64,000 nucleotides of DNA, from positions 387,388 through 451,387 of the forward strand of contig OZ247430.1 in NCBI GenBank assembly GCA_965232895.1, read 5' to 3'. The stretch's first letter is position 1; each line of letters begins with the position of its first letter. The notes beneath the pieces were generated by a model. It was not told the DNA's origin. It saw only the letters and a program-made list of their open reading frames with translations, and ran no database searches. The stretch is from Dehalococcoidia bacterium. GTDB lineage: Bacteria; Chloroflexota; Dehalococcoidia; Lucifugimonadales; UBA3495. The position numbers and the translations under genes are program-made. Of the stretch, positions 33,496-41,098 are shown one piece after another.

Positions 33496-34305
33496 TCACG
33501 GTTCCAGCGCGGCGACCGGAGCGTGGCCAGTGGGGGTAATGCCGGCCGCGAGGCCAGCGCCATCGAGAATGAACATCTCGCCGGTCATGTAGTCGGAGGC
33601 ATCAGAGGCCAGGAACACGGCGATGGGTCCAAGGTCCTCAGGCTTGCCGAGCTTCCCGGTGGGCAGAAAGTCGCCGGATTGGGGCAGGGTGCGATTGATC
33701 TCGGCGCCGGGGTCGATGGTCGGGATGAATCCGGGGACGATGCTGTTGGCGGTGATGCCGTAGCGGGCGAGGCTGAAGGACAGGACGCGAGTCAGCTGGA
33801 TCACGCCGCCCTTGGAGGTGCAGTACATATAGATATCGCGGCCACCCCGCAGCCCGAAGCCCGAAGCGACGTTAACGATCTTGCCCTTGCCGGCGTCGGC
33901 CATGGGCTTGGCGGCGGCGCGCGCGCAATAGAAGGCGCCGGAGAGATTGACCGACATGGCCGCGTCCCAGTCGTCGTCGGTGATCTCCCAAATGGGTTTG
34001 AGCACGTTGTCCGCGACCATGGCCGCGTTGTTGATGAGCACGTCAACGCGGCCAAAGTGGGCCATGGTCGCCTCGATCAACGCGTCGGCGTCCGACGATT
34101 TGGCAACATCGGTGGGCACGGCGATGGCGTCCTGGCCGGCGGCGATCACTTCGTCGCGGGCGGCCTCGATGGGCCCGGCGCGCCGACCGGCAATGACCAG
34201 GTTGGCGCCGGAGCGGGTGAGGGCGCGTACCATTTCGAGGCCGAGACCGGTGCCGCCGCCGGTGATGACGACGACTTTGCCGTCGAGGTACAGGTTTTCA
34301 AGCAT
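33496..34305 (-). CDS. SDR-family oxidoreductase (canonical)
   Basis: VVVITGGGTGLGLEM, NNAA, YCTSKGGV. Start taken at ATG 34305 (MLENLYLDGK). Confidence 0.85.
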   Translation of the reverse strand: MLENLYLDGKVVVITGGGTGLGLEMVRALTRSGANLVIAGRRAGPIEAARDEVIAAGQDAIAVPTDVAKSSDADALIEATMAHFGRVDVLINNAAMVADNVLKPIWEITDDDWDAAMSVNLSGAFYCARAAAKPMADAGKGKIVNVASGFGLRGGRDIYMYCTSKGGVIQLTRVLSFSLARYGITANSIVPGFIPTIDPGAEINRTLPQSGDFLPTGKLGKPEDLGPIAVFLASDASDYMTGEMFILDGAGLAAGITPTGHAPVAALEP

Positions 34306-35101
34306 TGGCTGCGGGCGCTCCTTGGGCTGCACGGAGGGTAATGTCTCCAGCGGTGAGGGTCAATAAGTCGCCAGAGTCGGTGCGTAGCAACAGGTTGCCG
34401 TGTTCGTCGATGTCCTCGGCGAGGCCGGTGTCGGTTGAGCCGTGGTGCGTCACTGTGACGCGCTGTCCCAGGGTGTCCAGCCAGCGGCGCCACTCGGCGA
34501 TGGGAGAACGGCCGCGCCGCAGGTCAAGGTACAGGGCGTCCATATGCTGGAGGATGCGGCGCAGCAGTTCCGAGCGGTCGATTTCGGATTCGGAAGCGTG
34601 GTTCAGGCTGGTAGCGGTGGCGGCGATTTCGGGATCGGCGGAGACGTCCAGGGCAACGTTGACGCCGACGCCGACTACCGCGTGCTGGACCCGGGAGCCG
34701 GACATGGCGCTTTCGGCAAGGATGCCGGCAACCTTCAGGCCGTCTATGGTTATGTCATTGGGCCACTTGATGGAGGGATACAGGCTCGACACCTGACGGA
34801 TCGATCGGGCGACGGCGACGCCGGCCAGCGGGCTGAGCAAGGGCAGCGCGTCCGGTTCCGGTCGGAAGAGAACGGAGAAGTAGAGGTTGCCGGCGTCGGA
34901 TATCCAGCGCCGGCCCAGGCGGCCGCGGCTGGCGGTCTGCGTTTCGGCGACCACGACGGCGCCCTCGCCGGCGCCGGCACGGGCCCACTCCGCAACGTCG
35001 TCCATGGTGGAGCCGGTGGACTGGTAGAAGCGCACGCTCCGGCCGACTACGGCGGTGTACAGGCCGGAGCGGAGCATTTGGGCGACGATGGAAGGGGGCA
35101 T
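34298..35101 (-). CDS. birA: Biotin--[acetyl-CoA-carboxylase] ligase
   Basis: GRGRLGRRW signature, KWPNDI. Start taken at ATG 35101. Confidence 0.85.
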   Translation of the reverse strand: MPPSIVAQMLRSGLYTAVVGRSVRFYQSTGSTMDDVAEWARAGAGEGAVVVAETQTASRGRLGRRWISDAGNLYFSVLFRPEPDALPLLSPLAGVAVARSIRQVSSLYPSIKWPNDITIDGLKVAGILAESAMSGSRVQHAVVGVGVNVALDVSADPEIAATATSLNHASESEIDRSELLRRILQHMDALYLDLRRGRSPIAEWRRWLDTLGQRVTVTHHGSTDTGLAEDIDEHGNLLLRTDSGDLLTLTAGDITLRAAQGAPAANA

Positions 35102-35129
35102 GAGCAGGTCGAAAACATCGCGCGGTGGG

Positions 35130-35579
35130 TTATGCCGAGGCGGCCCAATCCCCGAATGAAACCCCGACCGTGTATTCCTCGGGGACCAATCCCCAAAGAG
35201 TCTCCATGAGAGGTCGCACTTCGGCCAGCGCAAATTCGGTCAGCCCGTCAGTCATGTAAACCTCATAGAAATTGCCGTGCAATCTCTCGGCAGCAGCGAT
35301 ACCCCGCCCGATCTCAGTCATGCGATCGGGTATTTCATCTGACAGCGCCGTTAACGCCTCCTGGATGGCGACATGATCATAGTGCTGCCAACCACGATCG
35401 GTAGCCACGGCTTTGGTGAGTTGAGCAACGGTACCCCAGCCCTTCTCGCCAGCCTGGCACAGGTCCCCATCTGCGAGGCGGGACGGCCGCTTGGACCAGT
35501 AGTCCCGGGCCTGCTCCAGATGCTTGCGGATACGAGCGTCCCGGCGAGCCGGAGGTTCACGGCGAGTTCGAGGAGGCAT
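35130..35579 (-). CDS. PaREP1-like (HEPN-related) protein
   Basis: GDLCQAGEKGWGTVAQLTKAVATDRGWQHYDH...RLHGNFYEV. Lies directly upstream of birA on the same strand. Confidence 0.6.
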   Translation of the reverse strand: MPPRTRREPPARRDARIRKHLEQARDYWSKRPSRLADGDLCQAGEKGWGTVAQLTKAVATDRGWQHYDHVAIQEALTALSDEIPDRMTEIGRGIAAAERLHGNFYEVYMTDGLTEFALAEVRPLMETLWGLVPEEYTVGVSFGDWAASA

Positions 35580-35598
35580 GGCGATTTTCGATCCCTTT

Positions 35599-36918
35599 CT
35601 ACCAGCCGTGGTCGTAGCGGTCTTGGAGGACGTCGAGGAGGCGGGTGACGGGGATGCGCTGCTGGATCATGGTGTCGCGGTCACGGATGGTGACGGCGTG
35701 GTCGTCCAGGGTGTCGAAGTCGACAGTGACGCAGTAGGGCGTGCCGATCTCGTCCTGCCGGCGGTAGCGGCGGCCGATGCTCTGAGCGTCGTCGAACTGG
35801 CAACGGAAGCGACGGCGCACGAGGTCGTAGACGCTGCGGGCGGTTGGCGCCAGGCGGGCGTTGCGGCTCAGGGGCAGAACGGCAACGGTAACCGGAGCCA
35901 AAGCCTGGTGGAAGTGCAGGACGGTGCGAGTGTCGTTGCCGTCGGGTTCCTCGTCGTAGCTGTCCAGCCAGAAGGCCAGGGTGGCGCGGTCCACGCCGCC
36001 GGAGGGTTCGATGACATACGGCAGGTAACGCTCGTGAATCTCGTCGTCGAAGTAGGTGAGATCTTCGCCGCTGAACTCCTTGTGGCGGCCCAAGTCGAAA
36101 TCGGTGCGGTTGGCGATGCCTTCCAGCTCGCCCCAGCCCCAGGGGAAGCGGTACTCGATGTCGTAGGTGGCCTTGGCGTAGTGGGCGAGTTCGTCGCCGG
36201 CGTGCTCCCGGAGACGCAAATTTCCGGGGCGGATACCCAAACTCGCGTACCAGTCGAAACGAGCCTGCACCCACTGTTGCAGCCACTCGTCGTCGGTGCC
36301 GGGCTTGACGAAGAACTCGATCTCCATCTGCTCGAACTCGCGCGTGCGGAAGGTGAAGTTGCCGGGAGTGATCTCGTTGCGGAAAGCCTTGCCGATCTGG
36401 GCGATGCCGAAGGGCAGCTTCTTGCGCGTCGCCGTCTGCACGTTTTGGAAGTTTACGAAGATGCCCTGGGCGGTTTCGGGGCGCAGGAACACCTCGTTGC
36501 TGGAATCCTCAACGGGGCCCATGAAGGTGCGGAACATGAGGTTGAAACGGCGGGGTTCGGTGAAGTCGCCGCCGCACTCAGGACATACATCGCTTTCAAG
36601 CTGGTCCTGGCGGAAGCGGCGGTGGCACTGGCGACACTCAACCAGCGGGTCGCTGAAATTCTCCACGTGACCGCTGGCTTCCCAAACGCGCGGGTGCATC
36701 AGGATGGCGGCGTCCAGGCCGACGACGTCGTCGCGCTCGGAGACGACGGAACGCCACCAGGCCTCCTTGACGTTGCGCTTCAGCTCGACGCCCAACGGGC
36801 CATAGTCCCAGGTTGATCCGAGGCCGCCGTACACCTCGCTGGACTGGAAAACGAAACCCCGTCGCTTGGAGAGGGACAGGACTTTATCCATATCGGCGTA
36901 GGGCAGGGTGCGCGGCAT
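35599..36918 (-). CDS. glyQS: Glycine--tRNA ligase (alpha2 dimer type)
   Basis: [51 protein letters not shown] (class II motif 2). 439 aa. Confidence 0.9.
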   Translation of the reverse strand: MPRTLPYADMDKVLSLSKRRGFVFQSSEVYGGLGSTWDYGPLGVELKRNVKEAWWRSVVSERDDVVGLDAAILMHPRVWEASGHVENFSDPLVECRQCHRRFRQDQLESDVCPECGGDFTEPRRFNLMFRTFMGPVEDSSNEVFLRPETAQGIFVNFQNVQTATRKKLPFGIAQIGKAFRNEITPGNFTFRTREFEQMEIEFFVKPGTDDEWLQQWVQARFDWYASLGIRPGNLRLREHAGDELAHYAKATYDIEYRFPWGWGELEGIANRTDFDLGRHKEFSGEDLTYFDDEIHERYLPYVIEPSGGVDRATLAFWLDSYDEEPDGNDTRTVLHFHQALAPVTVAVLPLSRNARLAPTARSVYDLVRRRFRCQFDDAQSIGRRYRRQDEIGTPYCVTVDFDTLDDHAVTIRDRDTMIQQRIPVTRLLDVLQDRYDHGW

Positions 36919-37002
36919 ATTGAGACCTCGTTGCGTGGATCAGGATTGAATTATGTTATCACTGCCGGGCAAGGTTCAGCAGGGACCATCGGTCGCGGAA
37001 CA

Positions 37003-37181
37003 GGGCTTTTCCAAAGTTGATCCGTCGTTCCCGCTTCCGCGGGAACCCAGGAGATCGCTATGTTCGGAATGTCCTGGATTCCGGCTTTCGCCGGAATGAC
37101 AGTTCGAGATGAAAGGCTACCATCCAGGACTTTGGAAAAGCCCTAATCGCGGGAGCGGCAGATTCCTGCTTGCGCAGGAAT
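37003..37181. repeat. Cluster of family-B palindromes within a MITE-like inverted-repeat structure
   Basis: Outer inverted repeat gggcttttccaaagt (37003-37017) / actttggaaaagccc (37129-37143). Inner inverted repeat gtcctggat/atccaggac. Hairpins gttcccgc-ttcc-gcgggaac (37027-37046), attccggc-tttc-gccggaat (37078-37097) and attcctgc-ttgc-gcaggaat (37162-37181). Confidence 0.7.
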
Positions 37182-37244
37182 AACGGTCTGGACCGCCATC
37201 GCCTTCCATGTAGGGACGAAGGTCAAGGGTAAACGCCGGGGGAG

Positions 37245-39404
37245 TCAGGCCGGGGTGATATCTTCCACGGGCCGCTCGCCGGGCAGTTCGCGGCGGACGG
37301 CGTCGGCCAGGCTCTGGGCGGCCAGGTCGTCGAGCTTGATGTAGCGGGCGGACATGGCATCGGCGATGTTTTTCGCCAGCTCCAGCTTGATGAAATCCTG
37401 CTCGGTGTCCACGACCACGGCGGGGATTTTGGCGGCCGCGACCGTCTCGCCGAGCTGACGCACTTCGTCGGGAAGTGTCAACACGTTGGAAGACTGGTCG
37501 CCGGCGAGGGTGACGTTGGCGCGGCCATCGGACAGCAGGACCAGCAGGGGCAGCACTTCCCGATCCTTCAGACGCTCGGTTTCGAGGGTCTCCATGGCAA
37601 GGTAGAGGGCGCGGGCCAGGGGCGTCCGGCCACCGGTGGGCATCTCCTGGAGGCGCCACTGGGCCATTTCGACGCTGCCGGTGGGCGGGAGCAATACCTC
37701 GGCGCCGGTTCCCCGGAATGCGATGAGGCCCACCTGGTCCCGGCGTTGGTAAGCGTCGAGCAACAGCGACATGACCGCGCCTTTGACGGCGACCATGCGG
37801 CGCTGGGCGCCCATGGAGCCGCTGGCGTCGACCACGAACAGGATCAGGGAGCCGGTGTGAGTCTCGCGAACCTTTTCCCTGACATCCCAGGGTTCGACGA
37901 GCAGGGCGGACGCGTCGGCATCCGTGGCTTGGCGGCGGGCCTGCTGGTGAGGGGCGGCGGCGCGCAGGGTGGCGTCCAGGGCAAGGTCGGATGCGAAACC
38001 CTCCGGGACGCGGGCACCGACGTAGCGGCCTGCTGATGTGCCGCTTACGGTGGTGGCGCGGCGTCCGGAGGAACGCCGAGCGCGGCGGTCGGGGGGCTGG
38101 ACCTGGAGGTTCTGAACGGCGTAGGGATCGCCGATCTCGAACCACTCATCGCCCAGGGCTGCGTCGGCCGACTCCTCGGGCTGGTCTTCGGGAGGGTCGG
38201 GTTCTCTATCGCTATCGGAGTCGCCGGGGTCGTCGTTGCCGGGGTCGTTATCGGCGGACGGCTCCCGGTCGCGCTGCTGATTCTGGAAGTCCTCCAGCAT
38301 GTTGTCCAGCTGCTCGGTGACCAAGTGCGGCTGCTGGAACGGTTGGCGGCGCTGGCGATGCAGCAGGGCCATCAGGGCCGCTTCCCGCACGTCCTCGACG
38401 TCAACGACGGTACGACCCTCGTAGGCGGCGATGGTGCTGGCGGTCTTGTACATGACGATGTCGCCGCGCAGCCCATCAACCTGGTACTCGGCGCAGATGT
38501 CGGTGATGAGCTCGAGGATTTCGTCGGGAACAACTACGTCGGCAAGCAGCCGCTGGCTGCTGAGCAACCGCTGGCGCTCCTCCTGCTCCGCATCGGCCCA
38601 GTTGTCCATAAAAGCGAAGGGGCTGGACTCGAAAGCCATGCGGCGGCGAACCACCTCGCGGCGTTCGGGCGGCTCAAAAACGCCGTCAACCTCGACGGCC
38701 AAGCCGAAGCGGTCGAGCAGCTGCGGGCGAAGGTCACCCTCCTCCGGGTTCATGGTGCCGACGAGCATGAACTCCGCGTCGTGGCTTACGGAGATGCCCT
38801 CGCGTTCCACGTAGTTGCGTCCCATGGCGGCAGCGTCCAGGAGAACGTCCACTAGGTGGTCGTTCAGCAGGTTGACCTCATCGATATAGAGAATGCCGCG
38901 GTGAGCGGAGGCGATCAGTCCCGGCTCGAAGTTCTTTTCGCCGGACTTGATGGCCTGCTCGATGTCGAGGGAACCCACGAGACGGTCTTCCGTTGCCCCG
39001 ACCGGCAGGTCAACGATGCGGACCTGGCGGGCGGACGGACTTCCGGAGCGTCCGGTCTGCTGGCACCACTGGCACACGTCCTGGGGAGCACCGGGTTGGC
39101 AGCTGTAGGGACAGCCCGGCACCACGGGAACCTGGGGCAGCAGCGCAGCTAGGGAGCGCACGGCGGTACTTTTAGCGGTGCCCTTCTTGCCCCGAACCAG
39201 CACGCCGCCGATGCGAGGGTTGATGGCGTTGAGCAGCAGCGCGCGCTTCATCGGCGTCTGGCCGACGATGGCGGTAAAGGGGAACCGGGGCTCGCGGCCG
39301 GCGGCGGGTTGCGTCACGGGATCACCAATGGGTACGCGCTCATCAGCCGGTGGCGGCTCGCGCGGGACCGCCAGCCTGGGGGAAGGCGTGGATGTCGCGT
39401 TCAC
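37245..39404 (-). CDS. Fused ChlI/ChlD-type AAA+ / VWA chelatase subunit, probable partner of CobN
   Basis: N-terminal FPFTAIVGQ..GKKGTAKST (AAA+ ChlI-like), an acidic linker, and a C-terminal VWA domain with MIDAS FVVDASGSMG. GTG start overlaps the cbtA end by 62 nt, so the start is uncertain. Confidence 0.8.
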   Translation of the reverse strand: MNATSTPSPRLAVPREPPPADERVPIGDPVTQPAAGREPRFPFTAIVGQTPMKRALLLNAINPRIGGVLVRGKKGTAKSTAVRSLAALLPQVPVVPGCPYSCQPGAPQDVCQWCQQTGRSGSPSARQVRIVDLPVGATEDRLVGSLDIEQAIKSGEKNFEPGLIASAHRGILYIDEVNLLNDHLVDVLLDAAAMGRNYVEREGISVSHDAEFMLVGTMNPEEGDLRPQLLDRFGLAVEVDGVFEPPERREVVRRRMAFESSPFAFMDNWADAEQEERQRLLSSQRLLADVVVPDEILELITDICAEYQVDGLRGDIVMYKTASTIAAYEGRTVVDVEDVREAALMALLHRQRRQPFQQPHLVTEQLDNMLEDFQNQQRDREPSADNDPGNDDPGDSDSDREPDPPEDQPEESADAALGDEWFEIGDPYAVQNLQVQPPDRRARRSSGRRATTVSGTSAGRYVGARVPEGFASDLALDATLRAAAPHQQARRQATDADASALLVEPWDVREKVRETHTGSLILFVVDASGSMGAQRRMVAVKGAVMSLLLDAYQRRDQVGLIAFRGTGAEVLLPPTGSVEMAQWRLQEMPTGGRTPLARALYLAMETLETERLKDREVLPLLVLLSDGRANVTLAGDQSSNVLTLPDEVRQLGETVAAAKIPAVVVDTEQDFIKLELAKNIADAMSARYIKLDDLAAQSLADAVRRELPGERPVEDITPA

Positions 39405-40143
39405 GGTAGTAGCGGTAGCCGATGGTAGCGAAGGCGATACCCATCCAGAGGAGGAAGTGGCCGCCGGCGGTGAAGGTGCGGAACATTATGGTGAGTTCCG
39501 TCGGGAGCCAAGCCGGAGCGGCGTCACGCACACCAGGCACGGCAAAGGCCAGAAGGAGCGCCAACACTGCGTAGGCTAACCCGATGCCGCCATAGCGTAG
39601 CCACCGTCCCGAGCCAGCCGAGCTGCGGTTGATCAGGCCCACGCCGTACACGACCAGGCACACGGAAACAGTCGACACGGCGATGAAGAGGAACTGGAAA
39701 CCCTGGCGGGGCAGCAACGTGCCATCCTCACCGATGCCAGGCGGGTTCATCGGAAACTTGATCTGGGTGTACATAGACACGCCCCAGAACCCCAACAGGC
39801 CGGCCACAGCGGCCCAGGCCCACGGGCTCCAGCCGGGCGTGGCGTTACGCATCAGGTGGTACAGGCCGGTGAAGACAGCGGCGAACAGGATGCCGATCAC
39901 GGCCAAGCCGACGGTCATGCCGATGCGCTGGCCGCCTGGTGAAGTCAAAAAGGACAGGGGTAGCGGCGCCTCGTCTTCGGGGGCGGCCAACTCTTCAGCG
40001 CAGCCGGCGCGGTCAATGTCGCAATCTTCGAGGGCGATGGCCCATTCCATCACGGGCACGTTGAGGATATTCATGTAGGCTGCAACGAGCAAACCTACGA
40101 TTGCGCCCATGACCAAGGCAGTGGGGAGAATGCGCGTCATCAT
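39343..40143 (-). CDS. cbtA: Cobalt transporter subunit CbtA
   Basis: Multi-TM protein with IKFPMNPPGIG, compared with the remembered CbtA KYPANPP motif. Sits next to cbtB in a B12-riboswitch operon. GGAGG upstream of tandem ATGs 40143/40140. Confidence 0.65.
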   Translation of the reverse strand: MMTRILPTALVMGAIVGLLVAAYMNILNVPVMEWAIALEDCDIDRAGCAEELAAPEDEAPLPLSFLTSPGGQRIGMTVGLAVIGILFAAVFTGLYHLMRNATPGWSPWAWAAVAGLLGFWGVSMYTQIKFPMNPPGIGEDGTLLPRQGFQFLFIAVSTVSVCLVVYGVGLINRSSAGSGRWLRYGGIGLAYAVLALLLAFAVPGVRDAAPAWLPTELTIMFRTFTAGGHFLLWMGIAFATIGYRYYRERDIHAFPQAGGPARAATG

Positions 40144-40353
40144 GATCCTCCGATGACTATCTGACTGAACGGGTCTTACGGCCGAGACGGCCAACCGCGA
40201 TAGAAACGGACAAACCGATCAGGCAGATTCACGGCGCACTCCTCCAGACGCTCCGCGGAGCGTTTGCGCGGCAAAACTTGCCGATCCCGTTCCGGCTCCA
40301 GCCGGAAGAAAGAGGCGGCCCGGCGTCATACCAACGTCGGGCCGGCGTGGAGC

Positions 40354-40554
40354 CTAATGGCACATGAAGGCAACGTGGCGGGCGTGGTGGAAGAACTCGT
40401 GGACAGTGTTCAGGACGCCCGGTGCGCCGACGGAAGCGGCGTGGACTCCGCCGTCAACGTAACCAACGACGTAGAGGGCCATGGCGCCAAGGACGAGCCA
40501 GGGGGCCCATGCAGCGGTATCGGTGGCGGACAGGAACCGATTGATCATACCCAT
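40354..40554 (-). CDS. cbtB: Cobalt transporter subunit CbtB
   Basis: 66 aa, one TM segment, C-terminal HEFFHHARHVAFMCH resembling the CbtB HD-RH-x-G-x-CH end. Confidence 0.65.
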   Translation of the reverse strand: MGMINRFLSATDTAAWAPWLVLGAMALYVVGYVDGGVHAASVGAPGVLNTVHEFFHHARHVAFMCH

Positions 40555-40670
40555 GTTTTCACTCCTCTGGTTGGGATGGACGTTTCGCGTCGCATCAACG
40601 GGTGGCATTTTATTACTTGGCTGCCGGTAGCACAATACCGGCAGTCGCATAATATCGGCGAATGCGCTGA

Positions 40671-41081
40671 TTAGCGCTCCACGAAGACGAGGTCGTCCTC
40701 CTTACCGACCCAACGATCGCGGGATTCCTCGAAAGCCCGGAGTTTGTCGGGCTGCAGTTCGGTGCGCTTTTCGTCGTCGTCCAAGTATGGGTTGGGGAAA
40801 TAACAGCGCACCAGGGTCTCGTCCCATTGGTGGGAGAACCGGACGTAGTAGGACTTGAGGTCGCCGTGGCTGGTGGCCTCCACGAACTGGATGCCGTCGA
40901 TCTTTTCCAATTGCAGGTGAAAGTGCCAGTTGTCGGCCTCAATGGTGGCCCAGCCGTTGTGGACCTCAGGTTCCCGGATACCGTGGGCGTGGTTCTCGCT
41001 GACCACGGAACCGCCGCCGACGACCCACATCATTTTGGGGTCGCTGGTCAGTTCGTTGAGCAATTCGAGCGTATTTTCCAT
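40671..41081 (-). CDS. Hypothetical His-rich protein downstream of cobN
   Basis: 136 aa. AGGAGGA lies 8 nt upstream of ATG 41081, 18 nt after the cobN stop. Seven His (NHAHG, VHNG, WHFH, SHG, SHQW). No family recognised. Confidence 0.6.
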   Translation of the reverse strand: MENTLELLNELTSDPKMMWVVGGGSVVSENHAHGIREPEVHNGWATIEADNWHFHLQLEKIDGIQFVEATSHGDLKSYYVRFSHQWDETLVRCYFPNPYLDDDEKRTELQPDKLRAFEESRDRWVGKEDDLVFVER

Positions 41082-41098
41082 CGGCCGCGTCCTCCTGC

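Noticed and set aside
36990-37185. CRISPR-like array
   Set aside because: The hairpin units differ in sequence, are irregularly spaced, number only three and are nested within inverted repeats. No cas genes are present.
37117-38145. 342-aa alternative-frame ORF within chlID
   Set aside because: Extremely Arg/Pro/Gly-rich. The 37245-39404 frame has AAA+ and VWA motifs.
40195-40670. Second cobalamin riboswitch in front of cbtB or cbtA
   Set aside because: No GCCACUG B12 box and no GGGAA/GGUG..AAUCC elements on the coding strand. Only a simple hairpin is present.
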